DNA of 38,471 bases from an uncultured bacterium (GCA_964543655.1 CAZIZE010000072.1:1-38471), one strand, 5' to 3'; shown: positions 17,481 to 28,591, counted from the first letter of the stretch. The notes: a model not told the origin generated them from the sequence alone. Translations and numbers: made by a program.

Positions 17481-18437
17481 ATGAAAAAAATAGCCATACT
17501 TACAAGTGGCGGAGATTCATCAGGAATGAATTCTTGTATTAGAGCAGCCACAAGGTTTGCTTTAAATGCAGGATTGGAAGTTGTTGGTATTAGACGAGGT
17601 TATGCAGGACTTCTTGATAGAGACTTTGTAAGCCTTGAATCTCGTAGTGTTAGTGGAATTTTGCAAAAAGGTGGCACAATTCTTTTAACAGCAAGGTGTG
17701 AAGAGTTTAAAACAGATAAAGGACAGGAAAAAGCAGTATCTATTCTTAATGAGGAGAAAATAGATGGTTTGATTGTTATTGGTGGTGATGGCTCTCTCAC
17801 AGGAGCCAATGTTTTGCATAAAATGGGAGTTAAAGTTATTGGTGTTCCAGCAACTATTGATAATGACATTTTTGGCACAGAGATGGCAATAGGTGTTGAT
17901 ACATCACTTAATATAATTGTAAATGCAGTGGATTGTATAAAAGATACTGCTTCATCTCATGAAAGAGCATTTATTATAGAAGTTATGGGTAGAAATTGTG
18001 GTTATCTTGCTCTTGCATCAGCAATAGCCTGTGGAGCTGAAGCAGCTCTTATACCTGAAGTGCCATACAACCTTGAAAAAATAGGGGATCTCCTTTACAG
18101 ACGATACAGAGAAGGAAAAACTAACAGTATAATTATTGTTGCTGAAGGTGCTGCAAGTGCTTATGAAATTCAACGTAAATTAAAGAATATTGCAGGTTAT
18201 GAAACAAGGATTACAGTTTTGGGGCATTATCAAAGAGGTGGATACACGTCTGTTTTTGATAGAATCCTTGCAAGCAGATTTGGAAGGGTTGCTGTGGAAT
18301 CTTTACTTTACAATAGAAGTGGTGAAATGGTTGGACTCTGGGAAGGTAAAGTTGTTCTCACTCCTTTGGATACTGTTCTTGGAACAAAAAAATTGCTTGA
18401 CTTTAGATTGTTGAAACTTGCAGAGGTTTTAGTATAA
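17481..18437 (+). CDS. pfkA: ATP-dependent 6-phosphofructokinase
   Basis: TSGGD, GGTIL, IGGDGS, TIDND, EVMGR, LGHYQRGG. Confidence 0.95.
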   Translation: MKKIAILTSGGDSSGMNSCIRAATRFALNAGLEVVGIRRGYAGLLDRDFVSLESRSVSGILQKGGTILLTARCEEFKTDKGQEKAVSILNEEKIDGLIVIGGDGSLTGANVLHKMGVKVIGVPATIDNDIFGTEMAIGVDTSLNIIVNAVDCIKDTASSHERAFIIEVMGRNCGYLALASAIACGAEAALIPEVPYNLEKIGDLLYRRYREGKTNSIIIVAEGAASAYEIQRKLKNIAGYETRITVLGHYQRGGYTSVFDRILASRFGRVAVESLLYNRSGEMVGLWEGKVVLTPLDTVLGTKKLLDFRLLKLAEVLV

Positions 18438-18438
18438 G

Positions 18439-19014
18439 ATGATTCGAGATATTTTTTGTAAAAGCATAGAATTGAAACAACATTTATTGGCTAATGAGGA
18501 TTTTTTCAAAAGTATAGAGAGAGCTGTTAAGATAATTGTAGATTGTATTAAAAATGGCAATAAAGTTTTGATTATGGGGAATGGTGGCTCAGCTGCTGAT
18601 GCACAACATTTTGCAGGAGAATTTGTTAACAGATTTTTAATTGAGAGAGCACCTTTACCTGCAATATCTCTTTCAACAGATACTTCTGTTATAACCTGTA
18701 TAGGTAATGATTATTCATTTGAAGAAATTTTTAAAAAACAGGTTGAAGCTATAGGTTGTAGGGGAGATATTTTATTTGGGATAACTACCTCTGGAAATTC
18801 AGCAAATATTATTCAAGCATTTAAAGTAGGAAAAGAGAGGGGATTATTGAATATTGGATTACTTGGAAAAGATGGAGGTATTGCAAAAGATATCTGTGAT
18901 ATAAGTATAATTGTGCCATCAAACTCAACACCACGTATTCAAGAGGTTCATATTACTGTAATTCACATTATCTGTGAAATAGTTGAAAGAGAAATAAATT
19001 TAAAAGGAGCATAG
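18439..19014 (+). CDS. gmhA: D-sedoheptulose-7-phosphate isomerase
   Basis: [26 protein letters not shown]. Confidence 0.94.
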   Translation: MIRDIFCKSIELKQHLLANEDFFKSIERAVKIIVDCIKNGNKVLIMGNGGSAADAQHFAGEFVNRFLIERAPLPAISLSTDTSVITCIGNDYSFEEIFKKQVEAIGCRGDILFGITTSGNSANIIQAFKVGKERGLLNIGLLGKDGGIAKDICDISIIVPSNSTPRIQEVHITVIHIICEIVEREINLKGA

Positions 19015-19015
19015 A

Positions 19016-20062
19016 ATGGCTGTAAAAGGTAAAAATTTTGATAATAAACATGAAGCACTTGATTCAGCGCTTTACCAGATTGAAAAGCAATTTGGCAAAG
19101 GCTCAATTATGAAACTTGGTGACACAGAGAGCCTTGTAGATATTCCAGCAGTGAGCACAGGCTCAATAACCCTTGATGCTGCTATAGGCATTGGAGGTGT
19201 GCCAAAAGGGAGGGTGACAGAGATTTATGGTCCTGAATCTTCTGGTAAAACAACCCTTGCTTTACATATAGTAGCTGAATCTCAAAAAGAGGGAGGTGTT
19301 GCTGCTTACATTGATGCTGAACATGCACTTGATTTAAATTATGCAAGAAAGCTTGGTGTTAAAGTTGATGAAATTTTATTATCGCAACCTGATTGTGGCG
19401 AAGATGCTCTTGAGATAGCAGAAATCCTTGTTAGGAGCAATGCTGTTGATATTATTGTTATAGACTCAGTTGCAGCTCTTGTTCCAAAAGCGGAGTTAGA
19501 GGGACAGATGGAAGATTCGCAAATAGGGCTTCAGGCAAGATTAATGTCAAAAGCATTGAGAAAATTAACAGCCCTTGTGAGTAAGACAAACACAGTGCTT
19601 CTTTTTATTAATCAGATTAGAATGAAAATTAATACAATGGGTTTTGGTGCCAATCCTGAGACTACTACAGGTGGAAATGCATTGAAATTTTACTCTTCAG
19701 TTAGACTTGATATTCGTAAAATTGCAACTTTAAAAAAGGGGAATGACCCAGTTGGAGGCAGGACAAGGGTTAAAGTTGTTAAAAATAAAGTTGCACCACC
19801 ATTTCAAATTGCAGAGTTTGATATATTGTATGGTCAGGGGATTAATAGATTGGGAGAACTAATAGATGTAGGGGTTAATAAGAACATTATTAAAAGAGTT
19901 GGTGCATGGTATTCATATGGAGATGAAAGGCTTGGTCAGGGACGTGATAATGCTATTGAAACATTGAAGAATAATGCAGAATTATTAAAAGAGATAGAGG
20001 AGAGGGTGTTTAATGAGCTTGGGTTGAAGAAATATGAAGAAAAGAAAATAAGTGAGGAGTAA
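19016..20062 (+). CDS. recA: Recombinase RecA
   Basis: [39 protein letters not shown]. Confidence 0.98.
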   Translation: MAVKGKNFDNKHEALDSALYQIEKQFGKGSIMKLGDTESLVDIPAVSTGSITLDAAIGIGGVPKGRVTEIYGPESSGKTTLALHIVAESQKEGGVAAYIDAEHALDLNYARKLGVKVDEILLSQPDCGEDALEIAEILVRSNAVDIIVIDSVAALVPKAELEGQMEDSQIGLQARLMSKALRKLTALVSKTNTVLLFINQIRMKINTMGFGANPETTTGGNALKFYSSVRLDIRKIATLKKGNDPVGGRTRVKVVKNKVAPPFQIAEFDILYGQGINRLGELIDVGVNKNIIKRVGAWYSYGDERLGQGRDNAIETLKNNAELLKEIEERVFNELGLKKYEEKKISEE

Positions 20063-20063
20063 A

Positions 20064-21170
20064 ATGGAAGTAACTCTTGATAATATTTTAAAAATTTCCT
20101 TAAAAATAGGAGCTTCAGATACTCATTTAAAAGTTGATAGACCACCAAATTTTAGAATAGATGGCAAAATAAAGACAGTAAAAGATTTACCACCATTATC
20201 AGCAGAAGATTTACAGAAAATGGTGGATACAATATTAACAAGTGAAGAAAAGAGAGCTGAGTTAGCCAAAAGACGAAGCGTTGACCCTGCTTATGAAATA
20301 CCTGGTGTTGGAAGATTTAGAGTAAATATTTTTTATCAAAGAGGTTCACTTTCAATTGTTCTTAGAAGTATTCCTACAAAAATTCCAAATATTGATGATA
20401 TAAATCTACCACCTGTTATTAAAGAGATAGCAATGGAAGAGAGAGGATTAATTCTTGTTACAGGAATTACAGGTAGTGGTAAATCAACCACACTTGCTTC
20501 AATGATAGATTACATTAATGAAAGGAAAAATGCTCATATTCTAACAATTGAGGATCCAATTGAATCTGTGCATAAAGATAAAAAATGTGTTGTTAATCAG
20601 AGAGAGATTGGTACTGATGCTACAACTTTTGCAGATGCATTAAGAGCTGCTTTGAGGCAGGACCCTGATATAATTCTGGTTGGTGAAATGAGGGACCTTG
20701 AAACCATTGAAACAGCACTTCATGCTGCTGAAACAGGACACCTTGTAATGAGTACTCTTCACACTCTTGATGCAAAAGAAACAGTTAATAGAATTATTTC
20801 GCAATATCCGCCACATCATCAGGAGCAGGTTAGAATTCAGCTTGCTGAAGTTTTAAAAGCTGTAATTTCACAGAGGCTTTTACCTAAAAAAGAAGGTAAG
20901 GGAAGAGTTCCTGCAATTGAAATATTAAGAACTTCAGCGAGGGTTAGAGAGTGTATTAAAGTTAAGGAGAAAACTTCAGAGTTGTCAGATGCAATGGAGC
21001 AGGGACGTATTACTTCAGGAATGCAGACATTTGACCAATGCCTGCTTGATCTTTACAATAAAGGTTTAATAACTTTTGATGAAGCAATGAAAAATGCTAA
21101 TAATCCTAATGATTTTGCATTAAAAGCACAAGGTATTGGCGGTGGTGATGCAATGAGTTTTAGTGAATAA
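20064..21170 (+). CDS. pilT: PilT/PilU-family twitching motility ATPase
   Basis: GRFRVN, GITGSGKST, TIEDPIE, ALRQDPD, STLHT, GMQTFDQ; start moved to ATG 20064 (GAGGAG SD). Confidence 0.88.
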   Translation: MEVTLDNILKISLKIGASDTHLKVDRPPNFRIDGKIKTVKDLPPLSAEDLQKMVDTILTSEEKRAELAKRRSVDPAYEIPGVGRFRVNIFYQRGSLSIVLRSIPTKIPNIDDINLPPVIKEIAMEERGLILVTGITGSGKSTTLASMIDYINERKNAHILTIEDPIESVHKDKKCVVNQREIGTDATTFADALRAALRQDPDIILVGEMRDLETIETALHAAETGHLVMSTLHTLDAKETVNRIISQYPPHHQEQVRIQLAEVLKAVISQRLLPKKEGKGRVPAIEILRTSARVRECIKVKEKTSELSDAMEQGRITSGMQTFDQCLLDLYNKGLITFDEAMKNANNPNDFALKAQGIGGGDAMSFSE

Positions 21171-21197
21171 GAATTTTCTATAAATTGGGGGATTATA

Positions 21198-23837
21198 ATG
21201 ACAGGAAGTGAAATTAGAAAAAGGTTCCTTGAATATTTCAATAATAATGGTCATACCATTGTTAAAAGCTCATCTTTAATACCACAAAATGATCCTACTT
21301 TACTTTTTACAAATGCAGGAATGAATCAATTTAAAGATGTATTTTTAGGGTTTGAAAAAAGAGATTACAAAAGGGCAACTTCATCTCAAAAATGTGTTAG
21401 AGCAGGTGGTAAGCATAATGACCTTGAGAATGTTGGTAAAACAGCGAGGCATCACACTTTTTTTGAAATGCTTGGTAACTTTTCTTTTGGTGATTATTTT
21501 AAAGAAGGTGCAATAAATTTTGCATGGGAATTTTTAACAGAGGTTTTAAAATTAGATAAAGAAAAATTATGGGTTACAATATATCTTGATGATGATGAAG
21601 CATATAAAATTTGGAATGAGCAAATAGGAGTTTCAGAGGATAGAATAGTTAGATTAGGTGAAAAAGACAATTTCTGGTCAATGGGAGATACAGGGCCATG
21701 CGGACCATGTTCTGAAATTATATATGACCAGGGTGAAGAGATGAGTTGTGGTGATAATTGTGGAATAGGCAAATGTGACTGCGACAGGTATCTTGAAATA
21801 TGGAACCTTGTGTTTATGCAATATAATAGGGATGATAAAGGTGTGATGACTCCACTTCCGAAACCAAGTATTGATACAGGAATGGGGTTAGAAAGAATTA
21901 CTGCAATAATGCAGAATGTAAGAAGTAATTTTGAAACAGATCTTCTGTTTGATATTATAAAATTTATTTCAGAGCTTGCAGGTTGTAAATATGGTGATAG
22001 TGAAGATAATGATATATCCTTAAGGGTAATTGCTGATCATTCAAGAGCAATAACCTTCCTTATAAATGATGGAGTTTTACCATCTAATGAAGGGAGAGGA
22101 TATGTGTTAAGGCGAATAATGAGGAGAGCTGCAAGGCATGGTAAGTTGCTTGGTTTTAATGAGCCGTTTTTATTTAAAATTTCTGAAAGTGTAGCAATTA
22201 AAATGGAAGATGAATATCCTGAATTAAAGGAGAATCTTAAGTATATTCAAGAAATTACAAAGATTGAAGAGGAGAGATTTTTAGAGACTCTTGATAAGGG
22301 ATTGTTTATTTTAAATGATGAAATAAAAAAATTGCAGAATCAGAAAAGTAATATTTTATCTGGTAAGGTTGCTTTTAAATTATACGACACATATGGATTT
22401 CCACTTGATCTTGTGCAGGATATAGTGGAAAAAGAGGGTTTATCAGTTGATATAGATGAGTTTAATTCTGAAATGAAAATACAGCAAGAAAAATCAAGAC
22501 AGGCATGGGCAGGTTCAGGTGATGAGGAAGTAGATACAGTTTTTAAAGAATTATTGTCTCAAAAAGTAGAGACAGAGTTTATTGGTTATTCCACAATAAA
22601 ATCAACAGGAAAGATAGTTAAAATAATTAAAAATGGAAAGTTTGTAAATAGCTTAAAAGAGGGAGAAAAGGGTGAACTAATCTTTGATAAAACTCCATTT
22701 TATGGTGAATCAGGTGGTCAAGTTGGAGATAAAGGTTTTTTGAGAGGGTTGTATTTTGAAGCTGAGGTTACAGATACTAAGAAAAAACTTGATATTATTA
22801 CCCATTATGTGAAAGTTAAAAAAGGAGAAATTAAATTAAATGATAATTGTGAATTGATGGTTTATGAAAATTTAAGATTTTTAACAGCTGCAAATCATAC
22901 AGCTACCCATCTTTTGCAGTATGCACTTAGAGCTGTTTTAGGTGCTCATGTAAAACAGGCAGGTTCTCTTGTGAACTCAGATAGATTGAGATTTGATTTT
23001 ACTCATTTCAAAAACCTAACTTTTGAGCAAATAGCAGAAATAGAGGATATTGTTAATAGAAAGATAAGAGAAAATGTAAAATTGAAAATAGAGATTATGA
23101 ATATAGATGATGCAAAAAGATTAGGTGCAATGGCACTGTTTGGAGAGAAGTATGGTGAAAAAGTAAGAGTTGTAAATATTGGTGATTTTAGTATAGAGCT
23201 TTGTGGTGGCACACATGTTGAAAGGACAGGGGATATAGGGTTTTTTAAAATAATTTCAGAAACGAGTATTGCAAGTGGTGTTAGGAGGATAGAAGCATTT
23301 ACCTGTCAGAAAGCTATTGATTACATAAGAGAAATAGAGCTTGATTATATGAAAAGTATAAATCTTTTAAAGGTTAAAAGAGGATTATTATTTGAAAAAA
23401 TAGAGACACTTTTAGAAAATAATAGAGCTTTATTAAAAGAAGTTGAAAAGTATAAAAAAGAATTGGCATCCAATGCTTTACTTGATATGATTGATAAATC
23501 TACAAAAGATATTAATGGAATAAAACTTCTGACCTTAAAAGTTGAGGATAAAAAGCAGAAAGAATTGAGAGAATTGCTCGATATTTTAAAAGGTAAGATT
23601 TCAAATGGTGTTATTGTGCTTGCTGGTGTTGAAAAAGATAAAGTTTCTCTAATTATTTCAGTTACAAAAAATTTAACAGATAAAATTAAAGCAGGTGATT
23701 TAATGAAAAATGTGGCACCTTTAATAGATGGTAAAGGTGGCGGTAGACCAGAAATGGCTCAAGGTGGTGGGAGTAATCCTTTAAAACTAAATGATGCTTT
23801 TAATAAAATAGAAGAATTGGTAAAGGAAGTGATTTAA
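21198..23837 (+). CDS. alaS: Alanine--tRNA ligase
   Basis: DPTLLFTNAGM, HHTFFEMLGNFS, HTATH, ELCGGTH, GGGRPEMAQGGG. Confidence 0.98.
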   Translation: MTGSEIRKRFLEYFNNNGHTIVKSSSLIPQNDPTLLFTNAGMNQFKDVFLGFEKRDYKRATSSQKCVRAGGKHNDLENVGKTARHHTFFEMLGNFSFGDYFKEGAINFAWEFLTEVLKLDKEKLWVTIYLDDDEAYKIWNEQIGVSEDRIVRLGEKDNFWSMGDTGPCGPCSEIIYDQGEEMSCGDNCGIGKCDCDRYLEIWNLVFMQYNRDDKGVMTPLPKPSIDTGMGLERITAIMQNVRSNFETDLLFDIIKFISELAGCKYGDSEDNDISLRVIADHSRAITFLINDGVLPSNEGRGYVLRRIMRRAARHGKLLGFNEPFLFKISESVAIKMEDEYPELKENLKYIQEITKIEEERFLETLDKGLFILNDEIKKLQNQKSNILSGKVAFKLYDTYGFPLDLVQDIVEKEGLSVDIDEFNSEMKIQQEKSRQAWAGSGDEEVDTVFKELLSQKVETEFIGYSTIKSTGKIVKIIKNGKFVNSLKEGEKGELIFDKTPFYGESGGQVGDKGFLRGLYFEAEVTDTKKKLDIITHYVKVKKGEIKLNDNCELMVYENLRFLTAANHTATHLLQYALRAVLGAHVKQAGSLVNSDRLRFDFTHFKNLTFEQIAEIEDIVNRKIRENVKLKIEIMNIDDAKRLGAMALFGEKYGEKVRVVNIGDFSIELCGGTHVERTGDIGFFKIISETSIASGVRRIEAFTCQKAIDYIREIELDYMKSINLLKVKRGLLFEKIETLLENNRALLKEVEKYKKELASNALLDMIDKSTKDINGIKLLTLKVEDKKQKELRELLDILKGKISNGVIVLAGVEKDKVSLIISVTKNLTDKIKAGDLMKNVAPLIDGKGGGRPEMAQGGGSNPLKLNDAFNKIEELVKEVI

Positions 23838-25184
23838 ATGAAAGGTTTTAAATTCTTTTTTATAATATTTGTTTTATTAATATTTATTACAGGGTTAAAT
23901 GCAGAGAATCTTATTACTTATAAATTGAAGAATGGCTTAACAGTTATTTTGTATAAGAAAAAAGGTCTTCCTATTGTTAATGTTAATGTTGTTTACAAAG
24001 TTGGTTGCAAAGATGAGCATAATGGCATTACTGGTATAGCGCATATGTTAGAGCATATGAATTTTAGAGGGTCAAAGAATTTTAAAGATGGTTTTATTGA
24101 AAAATTTATAACCAACAATGGTGGTATTGAAAATGCCACCACCTCATTTGATTTTACAAAGTATTATGTTACAATAAATAAAAAGGCTTTACCCACTATT
24201 TTAAAGATTTATGCTGACAATATGCACAATCTGTTAATTGATAATAGCAAATTTCAGAAAGAGAGAAATGTTGTGTATCAGGAGCGATTATGGAGAACTG
24301 ATAATTCTCCAGATGGGTATTTATACTATACATTAAACAGAATAGCTTATCTTGAAGCTCCATACAGATGGACTCCTATAGGTTTTGCAAGTGATATATT
24401 ACATTGGTCAAGAGATGATGTTTATAATTTTTATAAAAAATATTACAATCCTTCTAATGCTACACTTGTAATAGTTGGTGATTTTAATATTAAGAAGACA
24501 AAGAGATTAATTAAAAACAGTTTTGGCAAAATAAAAGGGAAGAAGATTAATTTTTATTTTACAAAAGAGCCAGAGCAAAAAGGTGAAAGAAGAGTAACTT
24601 TAAAATTTGTATCATCTAATAAAAAGCTTGCAATTGCTTTTCATATTCCAGCTCTTTCTGAATATTCTACACCAGTGCTTGATATTATAACATATATGCT
24701 CTTTGCTCGTGATAATGCTATATTGGAAAAGATACTGGTAAGAGAAAAGAAACTTGCCTCATCAGTTTATGGTGGCAATAATGAAAGGTTGCATACAGGC
24801 TTATTCTATGTATTTGCAACATTAAACAAAGGTGTAGAATTTAAAGATGTTGAATCTATAATTTATAATGAATTTGAAAAACTTAAAAATGGAAAGTTTT
24901 CAAAAGAAGATTTTGAATTATCTAAAAAACGGGCTTTAATAGATTATATTTATTCAAAAGAAACAGTAACATCACTTGGTAATATGCTCTCTTTTTATGG
25001 GGGGCTTGGTAGGTTACAATATTACAAAGATTATCCATCTCTTATAAAAAATGTTACTAAAAAAGATATTATTGAAATTTCAAGAAAATATTTTAATAAA
25101 TCAAATAGAACAGTTGTGGAGCTTTACCCTATTGAGGGAAAAAGTATTAATTATACACCGCCAATTTCAGGGGGGATTAGGTAA
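23838..25184 (+). CDS. M16-family Zn peptidase, exported
   Basis: Signal peptide; LKNGL, AHMLEH (HxxEH), NATT, YYNPSNA. Confidence 0.88.
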   Translation: MKGFKFFFIIFVLLIFITGLNAENLITYKLKNGLTVILYKKKGLPIVNVNVVYKVGCKDEHNGITGIAHMLEHMNFRGSKNFKDGFIEKFITNNGGIENATTSFDFTKYYVTINKKALPTILKIYADNMHNLLIDNSKFQKERNVVYQERLWRTDNSPDGYLYYTLNRIAYLEAPYRWTPIGFASDILHWSRDDVYNFYKKYYNPSNATLVIVGDFNIKKTKRLIKNSFGKIKGKKINFYFTKEPEQKGERRVTLKFVSSNKKLAIAFHIPALSEYSTPVLDIITYMLFARDNAILEKILVREKKLASSVYGGNNERLHTGLFYVFATLNKGVEFKDVESIIYNEFEKLKNGKFSKEDFELSKKRALIDYIYSKETVTSLGNMLSFYGGLGRLQYYKDYPSLIKNVTKKDIIEISRKYFNKSNRTVVELYPIEGKSINYTPPISGGIR

Positions 25185-26353
25185 TGAAAATTACACCTTC
25201 AGATAAAGCTAATCTATTTGAAGAATCTGTTATAAGAGAGATGTCAAGAATAGCAAACAAGCACAGTGCTATTAATTTAGCTCAGGGATTTCCTGATTTT
25301 CCAGCACCAGATTTTATAAAAAAATATGCAGTTGAAGCTATTAATAATGATATAAATCAGTATGCAATAACATGGGGGAGTAAAAACCTTAGAAATGCTA
25401 TAGTAAACAAATTTAAATTGTTTTATGGAATGGAATATAATCCTGAAACAGAGGTTACTGTTTGCTGTGGCTCAACTGAATGTATGATTGCAGCACTTCT
25501 TGGAGTTGTTAATAAAGGTGATGAAGTTGTAATTTTTGAGCCATTTTATGAAAATTATGGGCCAGATGCTATACTTTGTGATGCAAAGCCAGTTTATATT
25601 AAGTTAAAAGCTCCTGATTTTACATTTTCAGAAGATGATTTAAAAAGAGTATTTAATGAAAAAACTAAAGCAATAATTATAAACACACCTCATAATCCAA
25701 CTGGTAAGGTTTTTTCAAAAGAGGAGTTACAATTAATTGCTCATTATTGCATTAAATTTAATGTAATTGCAATTACTGATGAAATATATGAGCATATTTT
25801 TTATACTGAAAAGCCTCATATTCCAATAGCAACAATAGATGGAATGAGGGATAGGACTATAACTATTAATGGTTTAAGCAAGACTTTTAGTGTAACTGGT
25901 TGGAGGATTGGCTATATACTTGCACCAGAAAATCTTACAAATGGTATAAGAAAGGTGCACGATTTTCTTACTGTTGGAGCTCCTGCGCCACTTCAGGAAG
26001 CATCTGCTAAAGCGTTACAAACAGAAACTGTTTATTATAAAAATTTGAGAATTTTTTATGATATTAGAAAAAATCTTATGATAAATGCTTTAAAAAATGT
26101 TGGCTTTAATGTAGTAGAGCCTGAAGGTGCATATTATATTATGGCTACATTTGAAAATTTTGGTTTTGATGATGATATTAAATTCACTGAATATTTAATC
26201 AGGGAGATTGGTGTAGCTGTTGTGCCAGGTAGCAGTTTTTACACTAAAAATTCTCCTGATAGAAAAAAATATGTTAGATTTTGTTTTTGCAAAACTGAGG
26301 AGACTTTAAATGCAGCTATTAAAAGATTAAGCAAGTTACAAAATGCGGTGTAA
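25184..26353 (+). CDS. PLP-dependent aminotransferase class I/II
   Basis: INLAQGFPDF, NTPHNPTG, DEIY, SKTFSVTGWRIG, RFCF. Confidence 0.9.
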   Translation: MKITPSDKANLFEESVIREMSRIANKHSAINLAQGFPDFPAPDFIKKYAVEAINNDINQYAITWGSKNLRNAIVNKFKLFYGMEYNPETEVTVCCGSTECMIAALLGVVNKGDEVVIFEPFYENYGPDAILCDAKPVYIKLKAPDFTFSEDDLKRVFNEKTKAIIINTPHNPTGKVFSKEELQLIAHYCIKFNVIAITDEIYEHIFYTEKPHIPIATIDGMRDRTITINGLSKTFSVTGWRIGYILAPENLTNGIRKVHDFLTVGAPAPLQEASAKALQTETVYYKNLRIFYDIRKNLMINALKNVGFNVVEPEGAYYIMATFENFGFDDDIKFTEYLIREIGVAVVPGSSFYTKNSPDRKKYVRFCFCKTEETLNAAIKRLSKLQNAV

Positions 26354-26355
26354 AT

Positions 26356-27570
26356 ATGGCTCTTTTTAAACTCTTAATCTTGCTCATTCTTATGGTAATC
26401 CTTATAATAAAAAAATTAAAAGTGGGATATGTGCTGCTTCTTGCAGCTCTTTTCACAGAGTTTCTTTTCTATATCAATCCAGTAAAATTTTTTAAAGCAA
26501 TATTTCTCAGCACATTTGCTCCTAAAACCCTTGATATAATGTTAATTATATTTTCCATATTAATTTTGAGCAATTTTATGCAGGATAAAAAAGTTTTATA
26601 CCGTCTTATAGAAGGATTAAAATCGTTTATTAAAAATAAAAAGATTCTTGCAGCAAGTTTACCTGCATTTATTGGGCTACTTCCAATGCCAGGTGGTGCT
26701 CTTTTCTCTGCTCCAATGGCTGATGAAGCATTAAAAAATGAAGCATTAACACCAGAAGAGAAAACATATGTAAATTACTGGTTCAGGCATATCTGGGAAT
26801 ATATTTTTCCTCTATATCCTGGTATAATTTTAACTTCAGGGTTACTGAATGTATCCCATAAAACACTTTTTTTCCTGCATCTCCCTTTTACTTTTTTAAT
26901 GTTAATAATAGGATATTTTGTTGTATTTTATGGAAAAAGTTTCGAAAAATCAGATAAAACAATTTCTATTAAACACTCTCTTGAAAATATTGTAAAAGGA
27001 ATTTTTCCTGTTATTTTAATAATTTTACTTGCAATAGGATTCAATTTTAACACAGGGGTCTCAATAGTTATTTCTCTGTTAATATCATTTGTTTTATACA
27101 AAGTGTCAATAAGGGAAGCTTTTGTTTTTATTCAAAAAGGGTTTAAAATAGACATGCTTTTAATGGTGCTTGGTATATTTTATTTTAAAAAAGCAATTGA
27201 GGTAACTGGAGCAATATCTCTTTTACCAGCTGTTTTTTCCGGACATGATATGGTGCTATTTCTTTTATTTTTTCTTCCATTTATAACAGGATTACTTACT
27301 GGAATTACACTTGCTTATGTTGGAATAACTTTTCCAATATTATCAACATATTTAATTTCAGGTGGCCATGTAAATCTGTCATATGAAATGGTTGCCTATG
27401 TTTCTGGATTTTTGGGAGTATTACTTTCTCCTGTTCATTTATGTTTGCTATTAACAAATGAATATTTCAACTCTGACCTTAAAGGTGTTTACAAATATTT
27501 GCTCAAGTCAGGTGCAGTTCTTGCCATTTTTATTTTTATAATCTATTTTATAAGGGTGAAGTTAAGTTAG
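26356..27570 (+). CDS. DUF401 / TIGR00529-like multi-pass membrane protein
   Basis: GLLPMPGGALFSAP, NYWFRHIWE and SPVHLCL motifs; hydrophobic throughout. Confidence 0.75.
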   Translation: MALFKLLILLILMVILIIKKLKVGYVLLLAALFTEFLFYINPVKFFKAIFLSTFAPKTLDIMLIIFSILILSNFMQDKKVLYRLIEGLKSFIKNKKILAASLPAFIGLLPMPGGALFSAPMADEALKNEALTPEEKTYVNYWFRHIWEYIFPLYPGIILTSGLLNVSHKTLFFLHLPFTFLMLIIGYFVVFYGKSFEKSDKTISIKHSLENIVKGIFPVILIILLAIGFNFNTGVSIVISLLISFVLYKVSIREAFVFIQKGFKIDMLLMVLGIFYFKKAIEVTGAISLLPAVFSGHDMVLFLLFFLPFITGLLTGITLAYVGITFPILSTYLISGGHVNLSYEMVAYVSGFLGVLLSPVHLCLLLTNEYFNSDLKGVYKYLLKSGAVLAIFIFIIYFIRVKLS

Positions 27571-28152
27571 ATGTCTCCTTATTTATTTAATTTTGACAGA
27601 TTAGAGGAAAAAGATTATCTTTTTATTTCAAAAATTTTAAAAAATCGAGGTACAATTATTTATCCAACAGAAACTATTTATGGAGTAGGTGGGAAGGGCT
27701 TTGATAAAGAAGTTACTGAAAAAATTTTTCAAATAAAAAATAGGCCTCAGAGCAAAAGCTTTCTTTTACTCTTTAAAAATAGAGATATGTTGGAAAAGTA
27801 TGTTGTTATTAAAAGCAAGTTAGAAAATAAAATAATAGAAAAGTATTGGCCCGGTGAAATTACCTTGATTTTACAGGATAGACATGGAAACTCCAATATA
27901 GCATGTAGAATTTCATCACATCCATTTGTGCAGAAATTGTTTGAATTTATTGATTTTCCATTAATTTCTACAAGTGCAAATCTTTCAGGGGAAAAATATA
28001 ATGGAAATTTTGAAAGAATTTATCAAATTTTTAAAAATAAAGTTGATATTTTTGTGAATAATGGCAATAGAGATGGAGAGCCTTCAACTATAGTGAAAGT
28101 TGAAAATAGTAGAGTAAAAATTATTAGAAAAGGTAAAATTAATACTATTTAG
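27571..28152 (+). CDS. tsaC: L-threonylcarbamoyladenylate synthase (YrdC/Sua5 family)
   Basis: YPTETIYG, IKNRP, WPG, STSANLSG, PSTIV. Confidence 0.88.
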   Translation: MSPYLFNFDRLEEKDYLFISKILKNRGTIIYPTETIYGVGGKGFDKEVTEKIFQIKNRPQSKSFLLLFKNRDMLEKYVVIKSKLENKIIEKYWPGEITLILQDRHGNSNIACRISSHPFVQKLFEFIDFPLISTSANLSGEKYNGNFERIYQIFKNKVDIFVNNGNRDGEPSTIVKVENSRVKIIRKGKINTI

Positions 28153-28263
28153 ACTGTTGCACAAATAAAAATAGCAAAAGTTATAATGATTTTTCCAATT
28201 CGCTCTGCTCAGGGGTAGAATGATTTTTTTGGCATTCTGAAGGAGTATAGTTCACTATAAATA

Positions 28264-28544
28264 TAATCCAAAACCAACCCTGAAGCAAGAGATTTTTCGG
28301 GCTGAAGCCCCTATGTTAGTTATCAGTTATCAGTTTAAAGTTTAAAGTTTTTAAAATATTATAGATGTTATTTCAAATGAAAAGGTATATAATACAAGTT
28401 TACAGTTCAACGTTCAGAGTTCAACGTTGAAAAATACTTTAATAACAGTAAGTTAAAAATATTGCAAATGTCATTTCAAGTAGAAAACTATATAAGAACG
28501 CTTATAATAAATTGCTGCTGGATTTTACATTTGGTTTTGTATTA
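28264..28544. mobile_element. Repeat family A, copy 3, with an internal insertion
   Basis: TAATCCAAAACCAA...TTGGTTTTGTATTA ends; homology to copies 1 and 2 stops after GCTGAAGCCC (28310) and resumes near TGCTGCTGGATTTT (~28513). Confidence 0.75.
28390..28447 (+). repeat. Repeat family C (heptamer GTTCAnn array), copy 1
   Basis: 52/58 identical by hand alignment to the reverse complement of 34972-35029. Confidence 0.8.
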
Positions 28545-28591
28545 GATGAAATTTTAGCAAATAGCTAAAAACAATGTAAAAAGGCATTCTA

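Larger units (their letters stand above)
28150..28591. mobile_element. Repeat family B, copy 3, degenerate and interrupted by nested elements
   Basis: Left part 28150-28263 (AAAAATAGCAAAA, GTTATAATG, CTCAGGG.AGAATGA, GGCATTCTGA.GGAGTATAG) and right part ~28548-28589 (AAATTTTAGCA...CTAAA.ACA.TGT..AAAGG) both align to the other family B copies. Confidence 0.65.

Noticed and set aside
28311-28447. CRISPR array
   Set aside because: Units are 7-bp tandem repeats with no unique spacers; no cas genes
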